The notes beneath the pieces were generated by a model. The model was given only the letters and a program-made list of their open reading frames with translations, did not search any database and had not been told where the DNA came from. DNA of 64,000 nucleotides from an uncultured Trueperaceae bacterium (lineage in GTDB: Bacteria > Deinococcota > Deinococci > Deinococcales > Trueperaceae): positions 22,303 to 86,302 of the forward strand of contig CAJXNS010000001.1 in the NCBI GenBank assembly GCA_913057165.1, in the 5' to 3' direction. This document shows, piece by piece, positions 36,875 through 45,994 of the stretch. The position numbers and the translations under genes are program-made. Each line of letters starts with the position of its first letter. The first letter of the stretch is position 1.

Positions 36875-38211
36875 ACGGCGCGGTGCGAGCCCGCCACGGC
36901 GACCACCGTCCGCTTTAAGGCCTCAAAATCGGGAGGCAGGGTTGTCACCCGGGTTGGCTGGTCAAGCAACGCGTCCAGCGCTGCGCTTGAGACCTCCCCC
37001 ACGCCGGTCGCATGCTTCACCGCAGCTGGAAACTTAGCAGGGTGCGCCGTGGCCAAGATCATGGCGGGAAGGCCGTTCCATTCCGGTCGGGCTTGACGGG
37101 CCTGCTCCCATCCTTCAAGCCCCACCGCCGTGTGCGGACAGACCAATTCGCCGTCTTGTTCGTACGTCAGCCGCATGCGCGCGGTGGTCTGGGCGTCACC
37201 CGTGACCGATGCCGTGAGGTGCCCACCCATCACGTTGAGGTCCTTGTCCAGCACGCGCTCTAAGTTACTGGGCGCACCCACATCCATGGCGTTTGAAAGG
37301 GTCGCAACCGTCGGAGGTGGCTGCAGCGGATCCGTCACGCCCGCAAGCACATCTGAAAAATGCCGGTTGGCGTTGTGGGCCGCGTGAAAGCCCGAGGCCG
37401 GCATGCCTGCTCGCCAAGCCACCAAACCCGCCGTGAGGTTACCCAGGTTGCCAGATGGCACCACAATGACCGGTGGTGTGGTTTCACCCAGGCGTTCTAG
37501 CTGCAAAACACCCCAAAGGTAGTACAGCATCTGTGGCAGCAACCGCCCCACGTTGATGGAGTTGGCACTGGTTAAACCCAATGTGGCGAGCTCTGGGTCT
37601 TGAAACGCTTGCTTGACAAGCCGCTGGCAGGCGTCGAAGTCCCCTTCGATGGCCAGCGGGGTGACGTCGGGCCGCTCGACGATCAGTTGGCGTTCCTGAA
37701 CATCGCTGACCAACCCTTTTGGGTACAGCAGCACCACGTCCACGCCTGGAATACCGGCAAAGCCGTCGGCCACAGCCGAACCGGTATCGCCACTGGTGGC
37801 GACCAGCACAATGGCGCGTTTCTGATCGCGCCTCAGCAGGCGGCCCATGAGTCGCGCCATGGAGCGGGCACCCACGTCCTTAAAGGACAGCGTGGGACCA
37901 TGAAACAACTCAAGGAGGTAGCGGTCACCACTCAGCGGCTTTAGGGGTGTATCGAACGGCAGAGCATCACGAAGCAGCGGGGCGACCTCGTGGGCATCAT
38001 CACCCCACCATGCCGCCAGCACGGTTTCGGCCATGTCCGCTAGGCTTTGCGCATCACGCCAGTTGTCCGGCAAGGGGGGAATGGCGGTCGGCACGTATAA
38101 GCCCCCGTCCCCTGCAAGCCCGCGCACAATCGCCTCATCCAACGACAGGGCGGCCTGCGCTTCATCGCGGGTGCTTCGCACCTGAACACCGGCAGGCGTG
38201 TGTTGGCTCAC
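36871..38211 (-). CDS. thrC: Threonine synthase
   Basis: The PLP-lysine motif is TLSFKDVGARSM. The N-terminus STRDEAQAALSLDEAIVRGLAGDGGLYVP is typical. GTG 38211 lies 1 nt after the hom stop, and the longer ORF-track start overlaps hom. Confidence 0.85.
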   Translation of the reverse strand: MSQHTPAGVQVRSTRDEAQAALSLDEAIVRGLAGDGGLYVPTAIPPLPDNWRDAQSLADMAETVLAAWWGDDAHEVAPLLRDALPFDTPLKPLSGDRYLLELFHGPTLSFKDVGARSMARLMGRLLRRDQKRAIVLVATSGDTGSAVADGFAGIPGVDVVLLYPKGLVSDVQERQLIVERPDVTPLAIEGDFDACQRLVKQAFQDPELATLGLTSANSINVGRLLPQMLYYLWGVLQLERLGETTPPVIVVPSGNLGNLTAGLVAWRAGMPASGFHAAHNANRHFSDVLAGVTDPLQPPPTVATLSNAMDVGAPSNLERVLDKDLNVMGGHLTASVTGDAQTTARMRLTYEQDGELVCPHTAVGLEGWEQARQARPEWNGLPAMILATAHPAKFPAAVKHATGVGEVSSAALDALLDQPTRVTTLPPDFEALKRTVVAVAGSHRAV

Positions 38212-38212
38212 G

Positions 38213-39226
38213 TCACACCAGGCTCGGCAGGATGTACTTGGGTCGCTCGGCGTTCCGCGGTTCCACACGCTCGTACAGAGGGACGGGACCTCGTGCGCCT
38301 TGCGTGGCGAGCAGCAGGTCACTTAAAACACCCGAGGCGGTCTCAGGACCACCCGCTCCCGCTCCGTGCATGACCACGGTGCCCTCATCGCCGATGTAGG
38401 CAAACACCCCATCTAAAGGATCGCCCACAAAGATTGGGTCTGACGGCCTCAGCAACACCGGACGCACGATCGGCTGCCACTCACCCTCAATCTCCATGAT
38501 GCTGCCGACCAATTGGGCGCGTTCCCCGCCTTGGGTATGCGCGAAGACGATGTCTTGCTCCACCCGGTGCAGGCCGTGGGTTCGGTCCAAAACGACCTCA
38601 AAACGAAAGTCGGGATCGACCAGCATGCGGCCCAGAATGGTCAATTTGTGCGCCGCATCGATCCCGTTGGTGTCGAGGCTGGGGTCGGCTTCCGCGAAGC
38701 CGCGCGATTGCGCGGCGCTCACGGCGTCAATGAACGACTGGCCTTGGCCCATCAGCATTAAGATCATGGCGCAGGTGCCGTTCAACGCCGCATGGATTTC
38801 CGATGGCCGGTTACCACGCAGCATGTTGGCGGACGCCAGCACCGGAACACCTGCCATGACCGAAGCCTCAAAATAGAGCCGGCCCTCACGAATGTACGGT
38901 TCCAGGTCGTCCCAGTGCTGAGCGAGCGCCGCTTTGTTGGCGGTCACAACGCGCTTGCCGGCACTGAGCGCTTTCTGGATCCACATGTACGCCTCGCCCG
39001 TGCCGCCTGCCAGTTCAACCACCACGTCGCTGGCGTCGATCACCGATTCCGCATCGGTTGTGAGCGGTGCCCGCATCACGTGTTCTGGGCGCTCCTTATC
39101 GAGGCTTTGGACCACCACGCCGGTGATCTCCAAGTGCGGGTATCGCGCGAGCAGCTGAAGCAGCGAGGCGCCGACCGTACCGGCGCCAATGAGGCCCACG
39201 CGCGCTTGACTGTGTTGATGAATCAT
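38213..39226 (-). CDS. hom: Homoserine dehydrogenase (short form without ACT domain)
   Basis: The Rossmann motif is VGLIGAGTVGASL, and GFAEADPSLDTNGIDAAHKL is typical of the family. 337 aa. Confidence 0.9.
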   Translation of the reverse strand: MIHQHSQARVGLIGAGTVGASLLQLLARYPHLEITGVVVQSLDKERPEHVMRAPLTTDAESVIDASDVVVELAGGTGEAYMWIQKALSAGKRVVTANKAALAQHWDDLEPYIREGRLYFEASVMAGVPVLASANMLRGNRPSEIHAALNGTCAMILMLMGQGQSFIDAVSAAQSRGFAEADPSLDTNGIDAAHKLTILGRMLVDPDFRFEVVLDRTHGLHRVEQDIVFAHTQGGERAQLVGSIMEIEGEWQPIVRPVLLRPSDPIFVGDPLDGVFAYIGDEGTVVMHGAGAGGPETASGVLSDLLLATQGARGPVPLYERVEPRNAERPKYILPSLV

Positions 39227-39232
39227 GCCGGG

Positions 39233-39238
39233 AGCGTA
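39233..39238 (-). promoter_or_regulatory. -10 box TACGCT (GGTACGCT), 6 nt upstream of hom ATG 39226
   Basis: The minus strand reads CGTGGTACGCT-CCCGGC-ATG. No SD is present. Confidence 0.55.
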
Positions 39239-39340
39239 CCACGCGGTACCCGCGGGCGATTTCGGCGAACCCCGTGCAGGACGGGTATTGTAAGTGCACT
39301 GATCGGCGCGCCAAGCGCACGGACCGTTGGGAGTGAAATC

Positions 39341-40426
39341 ATGCTGGGCATCGGAATCGTTGGCCTTCCAAACGTAGGCAAAAGCACCCTATTTAATGCA
39401 ATCACGAAAGCTGGGGTTGAGGCAGCGAACTACCCCTTTGCCACCATCGACAAGAATGTCGGCGTCGTCAAAGTTCCCGACGAGCGGTTACAGGCGCTTG
39501 CCAACCTCTTCGTGAGTGACGGAGCCCAACCACCGATTCTGCCAGCGACGGTTGAATTCGTCGATATTGCAGGCCTGGTGAAGGGCGCATCGCAAGGTGA
39601 AGGACTAGGCAACCAATTTTTAGGCAACATTCGCGAGGTTGCCGCCATCGCGCACGTGGTGCGCTGTTTTGACGATGACAACGTGGTGCACGTCGATGGC
39701 AGCGTTGACCCACTGCGCGATATCGAAACCATTGAGACCGAATTGATCCTGGCGGATCTTGCCACGGTTGAACGCCGCCTGGACCGCTTGAAGCGAATGA
39801 CGAAAGGTAGTTCGGACGCCCAAGCCGAGTTTGATGCGGTCAATAAGGCCTACGAAACGCTGCAAATGGGTTTGCCGGCGCGGGCCCATGATCTTGAGCT
39901 TCCTGCCGACCTTGGCTTGCTGACGTCAAAGCCGGTCATTTTTGTTTGTAACGTGGCTGAGGGAGATATCCAAAGCGGCAACGCGTACGTTGAGGCGGTG
40001 CGCGAGCATGCGGCTCAACGTGGTGACGAAGTGGTGGTGGTGAGCGCACAAATTGAGCAGGAGCTGGCCGATCTTGACGATGACGAGGCTGCCGCCTTCC
40101 TGCAAGACCTGGGTGTGGACGAACCCGGCTTGCGTCGCTTGATTGCAACTGGGTACCGAACCTTGGGCCTGATCACCTTTTTTACGGCCGGCAAGAAGGA
40201 GGTGCGCGCGTGGACCGTCAAGCGTGGCGCCACAGCTCCGGAGGCGGCCGGAACGATTCACACCGATATGCAGCGCGGCTTCATTCGGGCTGAAACCATC
40301 GGTTGGGAGTCGCTGGTGGCGGCGGGTGGTACGCAGGAGGCGCGAGCGCAAGGCAAGTTACGCACCGAAGGTAAAGACTACGTGGTGGCGGACGGCGACG
40401 TGATGCATATCTTGTTTAACGTTTAG
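39341..40426 (+). CDS. ychF: Ribosome-binding ATPase YchF
   Basis: [20 protein letters not shown]..., with the C-terminal TGS-like FIRAE...[21 protein letters not shown] 39341 follows GGGAG. Confidence 0.95.
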   Translation: MLGIGIVGLPNVGKSTLFNAITKAGVEAANYPFATIDKNVGVVKVPDERLQALANLFVSDGAQPPILPATVEFVDIAGLVKGASQGEGLGNQFLGNIREVAAIAHVVRCFDDDNVVHVDGSVDPLRDIETIETELILADLATVERRLDRLKRMTKGSSDAQAEFDAVNKAYETLQMGLPARAHDLELPADLGLLTSKPVIFVCNVAEGDIQSGNAYVEAVREHAAQRGDEVVVVSAQIEQELADLDDDEAAAFLQDLGVDEPGLRRLIATGYRTLGLITFFTAGKKEVRAWTVKRGATAPEAAGTIHTDMQRGFIRAETIGWESLVAAGGTQEARAQGKLRTEGKDYVVADGDVMHILFNV

Positions 40427-40493
40427 TGCCACAAATAGGCTCAATGGTCATCTTTTGTGACGGTTTTCGTATGCATTCGTGGCAACTTTGCAC

Positions 40494-40509
40494 ATCTTGC
40501 TGGCAAGAT
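40494..40509. promoter_or_regulatory. Perfect 16-bp palindrome ATCTTGC-TG-GCAAGAT upstream of the Crp/Fnr-family gene
   Basis: It was read directly from the sequence. It lies between a possible TTGCAC (40488-40493) and TACGGT (40509-14), 25 nt before ATG 40535. Confidence 0.45.
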
Positions 40510-40534
40510 ACGGTCAAATGCAGAGGTGTTTTCC

Positions 40535-41170
40535 ATGAGCGAGAAAGCCAGCAAAGCCACACGCCCACCGGAAGCCAAGTTTTCGTCACAACACCGCTAC
40601 AGCATTTTCGGGCCCGGCCCCGCTGACAACCTGTACCAGCTCAAACGCGGCTTGGTTCGCATTTATGCGGCGCATGCCGACCGTCATACGGTCACACTTC
40701 GCTACGTGAAGCCAGGCCAGTACTTTGGGCTCGAAACGCTCAGTGGTCAGCCGCGCGTCGTGGGTGCTGAAGCCCTGGTGGCGTCCGAATTCGATACGTT
40801 CCAGCTAGAGAACCTTTCGGCGTCCGATCGGATGCGCGTGCTGGAACAGTCTGCTGAGGAATTCGCAGAACAACTTCGTAACGCGAGGCGTTTCGCCACG
40901 CTAACGCTACGCGAAGCCGTGGCAGCTGAAATCATGAGCCTGCTCGACACGCCTTTTGCGGGGCTGGATCGCGGCAAGCCAACCGTCTGGTTGACGCATG
41001 AACAGTTGGCCGAGCTGGTGGGATCGGTCCGCGAGACCGTGACCAAGTTGATCGGTGAGATGATCGATGAGGATTTGCTCGAGTCGCGATACAAGCGCCT
41101 CCGCGTTCTTGACGCGGAGGGCTTGGCTAACGTGGCTGACGGTCGTTACACCTTTGAGTCTGCGGCGTAG
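40535..41170 (+). CDS. Crp/Fnr-family transcriptional regulator
   Basis: cNMP-binding-like N-terminal barrel (LKRGLVRIY...KPGQYFGLE) and a C-terminal HTH (THEQLAELVGSVRETVTKLIGEM). SD GAGG. Confidence 0.85.
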   Translation: MSEKASKATRPPEAKFSSQHRYSIFGPGPADNLYQLKRGLVRIYAAHADRHTVTLRYVKPGQYFGLETLSGQPRVVGAEALVASEFDTFQLENLSASDRMRVLEQSAEEFAEQLRNARRFATLTLREAVAAEIMSLLDTPFAGLDRGKPTVWLTHEQLAELVGSVRETVTKLIGEMIDEDLLESRYKRLRVLDAEGLANVADGRYTFESAA

Positions 41171-41173
41171 ACC

Positions 41174-43843
41174 TTAGAAGACGGTTCCAATCCGGAAAGC
41201 GAAGACACCGTCGGGGTTCTGGGAGCTCCAACCGTAGTCGAACCGCAAGGCGGGCAGTGCGACCCCGGAGAAACCAAGGTTGAGCTGAAGGCCAAGACCG
41301 GCGCCGGTCCTGAGGGGCGCCTCGCCGATCGGGTAGCCGTCAATGTTGCTCGCCCAGCCCACATCCGCAAAGGCCACCGCGATGATCGTTTGGGTCGCGG
41401 CGGTGGATAGCCCAAAGTCGTAGCGGTACTCCAGTGACGACGTGGCGTACGTGGCGGAGAGGCCGAAGTCATCCTCGGCGTAACCGCGGATGCTGCGGGT
41501 CACGCTAAGCGAGTCACCCACCGTGAAACGTTTCGAGTCGGGATACTCATCGCCCAACTGGTGCCCAACGTTTAAGCGCGCAGCGAAGACTTGGTTGTTA
41601 CCGAAGTCAACCCCACCGCCCAGCAACCGCTGGACGGTCACGTACGAGCGAAGGCCGGCCTCCACCGGGACGTACGTGTAGCCCTGGCGGACGCCATCGA
41701 CTTGGAAGTCGTTGCCCAGACCCGCACCAACGGACAGGTCGGCCGCCACGCCGCGGCGGGGAAACTCGGGGCTGTCCCGATTATCGAAGCGAAGGGACGT
41801 CCCGACGAAGCCAGACGAGCCTCCCAGCGGTGCGTACTCCTCAGCCTGGTCAGCAGGCAGTGTGCAGGCATCGGCGTTGGTCACCGAACCGTCCACCACG
41901 TCGCACGCCTCCCCTACGGGCTCGAGGGCGATGCCGAATGCGGTGTAGCGCGTGCTGATCGATGCATCGAGCGTGTCGGTCAGCGCCCGACCGAGCGTCA
42001 CGCCCACACCGGTTGAACGGCGGGTGTACTCACCAATTTCAACCGCGTCGTTGGTTCCCTCGAACGCCACGGTGCGCGAGCCGTTGTTGGTGAGCGGCTC
42101 GTTCACCGACACCTCCGAGAAAAGGTTGACGCTGACGGAGGTGCGATTTTCTTGGAAGTCCGCGGCATCCAGGTACAACCAGGGCACGGAGTAGCGAACA
42201 CTCCCACCGAACAGGAGCCCAAGGTCCGCAGACAATGCCTCGACCGATGCGTTCACGGCATGGGCCCGGCCCCACAGGTTGGACTCTTCCAGGCTCACAG
42301 CTCCTGAAAAACCGTCCACGGTGCTGTACGACACCGACGGCTGAATCAAGCCGGTCTGCCGTGCCTCCATCACGATTTCCACCGTGACGTCTTCTGGGTT
42401 TCCACCCTCGACTGGGACGAAGCGGCGGTCGACCGGACGGGTTGCGCCGTTACGTTGCAGGTTCCGGAGGGCTTCATCGATCGCATCGATGGACAGAACA
42501 TCGCCAACTTCGGGCATTTCGCGAAGAATCACGAACGGTTGGGCGTCCTCAATGCCGTCCCGCCACGTGATGGTGTAATCCGCAATCCGGTACTCCACCA
42601 CGCGCTGAATGTACTCCCCTTCGTTCCAACCAAAATCGGGTTCGGTGGCCACGAGATAGCCCGCCTCTTGGTAGGCCTCGACCAGTCGCCTGAAGTCCTC
42701 GGCGGCGACCGAACTGGAGAACGTGTCGCCCACCCCGAGGGACAGCTGTTCACGTAAGACCTCGTCGGACAGCACGTTGTTGCCTTCGATCGTGATCGTG
42801 TCAATTTCACCGGCGGTGTCGGGTGGACCCAGCTCAAAGGTCACGCGGACGTCACCCGCATTGCTGAGGAGCGGCACAATCCGAACGTCGCCACGACGCC
42901 CACGCGCCAAGCGGCGGACGTCCTCAAGGAGGACGTCGTAATTGAACAGGTCACCCACCCCTAAGGACAGCTGATCCGCTTCGATACCGAGTGGGGTGGT
43001 ATCGATCGCCTGGATCACGAGCTCCCTGAACGCCACGTTGAGCACGCCCCCTTGCAGTTCGGTGGCCTCAAGGTCGATGCCGCTTTGGCGTAAGCCGGCC
43101 TCGTTGTACGCCTGGGCGACGCGGTTGGCAGCGGTCTGGAAACGGGTGAAATCGAACGTGTCTTGATCTTCCAGGCGCACGAAGATGCGTTCCAGCTCGT
43201 CCTCGCTCAACACCGAGGACGTTTCAAACTGCACTTCGTCGATGCGGGCGGTTTCATCCACATCAAACGTGACCCGAAGCGGTGGTTCTTCGCCTCGGTC
43301 GGCTAGTTCTGGGGCCGCTTCGGTGACCAGTAGCACGTCCGGCTCGTACGGAAAACCTTGGGCTCGATAGAGCGATTGGATGGTGCCGACGGCACGCTCG
43401 GCGCGCTGCGTGTTGAACACCCGGCCGGGCTGCAAGAGGTGCTCTTGCGCGACCGTGGCGCGAAGGCCTTCAACATCGACCCCTTCGACGCCATTGAATT
43501 GAACCTCTCCAATGCGGGGGTTTTCCTCAACCGCAATCTCAAGGATCGGGCCTCGCTCACTTTCAATCACGCTCACCGTGGCCGATTGGAACGTCCCCAA
43601 GTCGTAGACGCGGTTGCGTTCCTCTTCGATGTTGACGCGTTCAACTGGCGTGCCTGAACGCACGGTCACCAGCGTGCGGATGATGTCTTCGTAGGTGGTT
43701 GAACCCACCACGCGCACCTCAACGATTTCGCCTTCAACCACGGGTGCTTGGGCTTGGCCAACACCCCACAATGCGAAGCACGCAATAAGAATGCGCAGCA
43801 TGGCAGGCTTTCGGGTCGGACGCGTGACTGATTGAGGATCCAT
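41174..43843 (-). CDS. bamA: Omp85/BamA-family outer-membrane protein assembly factor
   Basis: Signal peptide (MLRILIACFALWGVGQAQA), multiple POTRA-like repeats, and a C-terminal beta-barrel ending ...FAFRIGTVF. The start was chosen at ATG 43843 from the promoter geometry. Confidence 0.85.
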   Translation of the reverse strand: MDPQSVTRPTRKPAMLRILIACFALWGVGQAQAPVVEGEIVEVRVVGSTTYEDIIRTLVTVRSGTPVERVNIEEERNRVYDLGTFQSATVSVIESERGPILEIAVEENPRIGEVQFNGVEGVDVEGLRATVAQEHLLQPGRVFNTQRAERAVGTIQSLYRAQGFPYEPDVLLVTEAAPELADRGEEPPLRVTFDVDETARIDEVQFETSSVLSEDELERIFVRLEDQDTFDFTRFQTAANRVAQAYNEAGLRQSGIDLEATELQGGVLNVAFRELVIQAIDTTPLGIEADQLSLGVGDLFNYDVLLEDVRRLARGRRGDVRIVPLLSNAGDVRVTFELGPPDTAGEIDTITIEGNNVLSDEVLREQLSLGVGDTFSSSVAAEDFRRLVEAYQEAGYLVATEPDFGWNEGEYIQRVVEYRIADYTITWRDGIEDAQPFVILREMPEVGDVLSIDAIDEALRNLQRNGATRPVDRRFVPVEGGNPEDVTVEIVMEARQTGLIQPSVSYSTVDGFSGAVSLEESNLWGRAHAVNASVEALSADLGLLFGGSVRYSVPWLYLDAADFQENRTSVSVNLFSEVSVNEPLTNNGSRTVAFEGTNDAVEIGEYTRRSTGVGVTLGRALTDTLDASISTRYTAFGIALEPVGEACDVVDGSVTNADACTLPADQAEEYAPLGGSSGFVGTSLRFDNRDSPEFPRRGVAADLSVGAGLGNDFQVDGVRQGYTYVPVEAGLRSYVTVQRLLGGGVDFGNNQVFAARLNVGHQLGDEYPDSKRFTVGDSLSVTRSIRGYAEDDFGLSATYATSSLEYRYDFGLSTAATQTIIAVAFADVGWASNIDGYPIGEAPLRTGAGLGLQLNLGFSGVALPALRFDYGWSSQNPDGVFAFRIGTVF

Positions 43844-43849
43844 GCGGCA

Positions 43850-43855
43850 AGTGTA
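43850..43855 (-). promoter_or_regulatory. -10 box TACACT, 6 nt upstream of bamA ATG 43843
   Basis: The minus strand reads GCGTTGTACACT-TGCCGC-ATG. No SD is present. Confidence 0.5.
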
Positions 43856-43908
43856 CAACGCCACCCCAGGCAGCGACAGGCTTCATGACGCCACTCCTGG
43901 GCGTCGGT

Positions 43909-43914
43909 TATGGT
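43909..43914 (+). promoter_or_regulatory. -10 box TATGGT, 6 nt upstream of ATG 43921
   Basis: The sequence reads GTCGGTTATGGT-CGTGGC-ATG. No SD is present. Confidence 0.5.
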
Positions 43915-43920
43915 CGTGGC

Positions 43921-44760
43921 ATGCCTTCTGCTGATGCGTTCAATACAAACTCTGACCTCAGACGCCAAGCGGTTGACGCCGTGCGGCAAGCCGCCAAGAC
44001 CACCCCTGAAGTCGCCCTGGTCCTGGGGTCAGGATTGGGCCCTCTGGCCGATGAGATTGAGGACGCCGTGCGCGTCCCGTACGACACCGTGCCGGGCATG
44101 CAAGCCAGTAGCGCGCCAGGGCATGCGGGCGAGTTCATTATCGGCACGCTGGAAGGGCGCAACGTGATCGCCATGAAGGGTCGGTTGCATCCGTATGACG
44201 GCCTGCCCGCTGCCCAAATCGCGTTTCCGATTCGGGTGATGCACGCCCTTGGGGCCCAAGCGCTGGTGGTGTCGAACGCCTGTGGTGGCCTAAACCCCAA
44301 CTGGCAAGCGGGCGACCTGATGCTGCAGCTTGATTTCATCAACTTTACGTTCGACCACCCACTTTCTGGTCCGAACGATGAGACGCTTGGGCCTCGTTTC
44401 CCCGTGATGTTCGATGCGTACGACCCTGCGTACTTGAATGCGGCGCGACGGGTTGCGCGGGCGCAAGATGTCGTGTTGCGTGAAGGGGTGTACCTGGCGA
44501 TCGCTGGGCCGAGTTACGCCACCCGAGCGGAGCTTCGGGCATTTCGTGCTTGGGGAGCCGATGCAATCGGTATGTCGACCGTGCATGAGGTGCAGGTCGC
44601 ACGGCACGAAGGTATGCGCGTACTCGGCGTCTCGAGCGTGACCGATATGGCCCTGCCCGATGGGGACGAGCACGCCACCGGCGATGATGTGCTGGCCATG
44701 GCGCAAGCGTCCGGTGAGCGTTTCCGAGGTTTGGTCCGCGGGGTGCTGCCCTTCTTATGA
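43921..44760 (+). CDS. Purine nucleoside phosphorylase (PunA/PNP-I family)
   Basis: VLGSGLGPLAD...SSAPGHAGEFIIG...MKGRLHPYDG...GMSTVHEV are typical of the trimeric PNP family. Confidence 0.85.
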   Translation: MPSADAFNTNSDLRRQAVDAVRQAAKTTPEVALVLGSGLGPLADEIEDAVRVPYDTVPGMQASSAPGHAGEFIIGTLEGRNVIAMKGRLHPYDGLPAAQIAFPIRVMHALGAQALVVSNACGGLNPNWQAGDLMLQLDFINFTFDHPLSGPNDETLGPRFPVMFDAYDPAYLNAARRVARAQDVVLREGVYLAIAGPSYATRAELRAFRAWGADAIGMSTVHEVQVARHEGMRVLGVSSVTDMALPDGDEHATGDDVLAMAQASGERFRGLVRGVLPFL

Positions 44761-45452
44761 GCGTTTCGCGGGTCCGCGAGCGGATGCGTGCGGCAGCCTT
44801 ACGGGCGGGACGCAACCCTGATGAGGTGACCCTTATTGCCGTCACCAAAGGACACAGCGCGAGTGAGATTGTTGAGGCGGTATACGCGAATGGGGTTCAG
44901 CGCTTTGGCGAAAACAGGGTGCAGGAGTGGCGTGACAAGCAACCGCTACTCCCAGCTGAGGTTGAGTGGCACTTCATCGGGAATCTGCAACGCAACAAAG
45001 TCAAGTACTTGGCCGCTGGCGGTTTGACGTGGATTCATTCGGTGAACTCAACCCGCCTCATCCAAACGCTCAACACGCAAGCAGAAAACCACGCCGTGAC
45101 ATTCAATGTCATGCTCGAAGTCAACGTCGCCAACGACCCGAACAAGCACGGAGCGGATGCGAACGACCTACCAGCCTTGCTTGATGCTGCCCACGCCGCC
45201 GAACACGTCAACGTGCGAGGCTTAATGACCATGGCGCCGTTTCAACCCGAGCCAGAAGCGTCGCGTCCGACCTTCAGGGCACTCCAAGAACTTGCGGACC
45301 GGCACGGCTTGGAGCATCGTTCCATGGGAATGAGCAACGATTTTGAGGTCGCTATCGAGGAGGGGTCGACGATGGTGCGTGTCGGTTCCGCCCTGTTTGA
45401 CCATCTCAGCAGCCCGCCACCCAGTGGGCGTGTCGCGGAAGGAGCGTCATGA
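44757..45452 (+). CDS. yggS: YggS-family pyridoxal-phosphate homeostasis protein
   Basis: LIAVTKGHSA...RFGENRVQEW...WHFIGNLQRNKVKYL...MGMSNDFEVAIEEGSTMVRVGSALF. Confidence 0.9.
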   Translation: MSVSRVRERMRAAALRAGRNPDEVTLIAVTKGHSASEIVEAVYANGVQRFGENRVQEWRDKQPLLPAEVEWHFIGNLQRNKVKYLAAGGLTWIHSVNSTRLIQTLNTQAENHAVTFNVMLEVNVANDPNKHGADANDLPALLDAAHAAEHVNVRGLMTMAPFQPEPEASRPTFRALQELADRHGLEHRSMGMSNDFEVAIEEGSTMVRVGSALFDHLSSPPPSGRVAEGAS

Positions 45453-45970
45453 GTCTGACACCGATGGATATTCAAGAGGCCACGTTCGAGAAACGCGTGC
45501 GGGGGTACGACCCAGGGCAGGTACGCGCCCTACTGAACCGTGCCGCTGAAACGCTTGAGGCCACGTTAAAGCAGCTCCAAACAGCCCGCGATGAGCTCGA
45601 AACCATCCGCGCGAACGAAGCAGAAGCCCAGGCACGCGAAGGGGAGCTACGCCGCGCCCTGGTGGCCGCTGAGGCACTCGGTGAGCAGGTGAAGGAAAAC
45701 GCCAAACGCGAAGCGAAACTGATCGTGGAAGGGGCGCACTCAAAGCGCCGGCAAATCCTGAACGATGTCGAACGCCTGACGGTCCTGCGTGACGATATGA
45801 AAACGCAGTTTGAGGCGTTGCTGGACGGTTACCGAGCGAGTTTAGAGGCGACCTATCACCGTTTTGCGGATGCTGCCGAAACAGACGGAGGTTCCGTTGA
45901 GGTGCCGCAAGAGGACGGTTCACTCGCCGATGCCATCGCAGACCCTGACGGCTTGAACGACGGAAGGTAA
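45449..45970 (+). CDS. DivIVA-domain protein
   Basis: The N-terminus LTPMDIQEATFEKRVRGYDPGQVRALL is followed by a coiled coil. Confidence 0.85.
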   Translation: MSLTPMDIQEATFEKRVRGYDPGQVRALLNRAAETLEATLKQLQTARDELETIRANEAEAQAREGELRRALVAAEALGEQVKENAKREAKLIVEGAHSKRRQILNDVERLTVLRDDMKTQFEALLDGYRASLEATYHRFADAAETDGGSVEVPQEDGSLADAIADPDGLNDGR

Positions 45971-45982
45971 CGAACCGGTCGG

Positions 45983-45988
45983 TACACT
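45983..45988 (+). promoter_or_regulatory. -10 box TACACT, 6 nt upstream of recF GTG 45995
   Basis: The sequence reads GGTCGGTACACT-CAACGG-GTG. No SD is present. Confidence 0.5.
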
Positions 45989-45994
45989 CAACGG

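Noticed and set aside
38792-39340. A 183-codon upstream extension of the ychF ORF gives a 544-aa ORF.
   Set aside because: The extension lies antisense to hom and has an implausible sequence. YchF homology starts at [15 protein letters not shown], right after a GGGAG SD.
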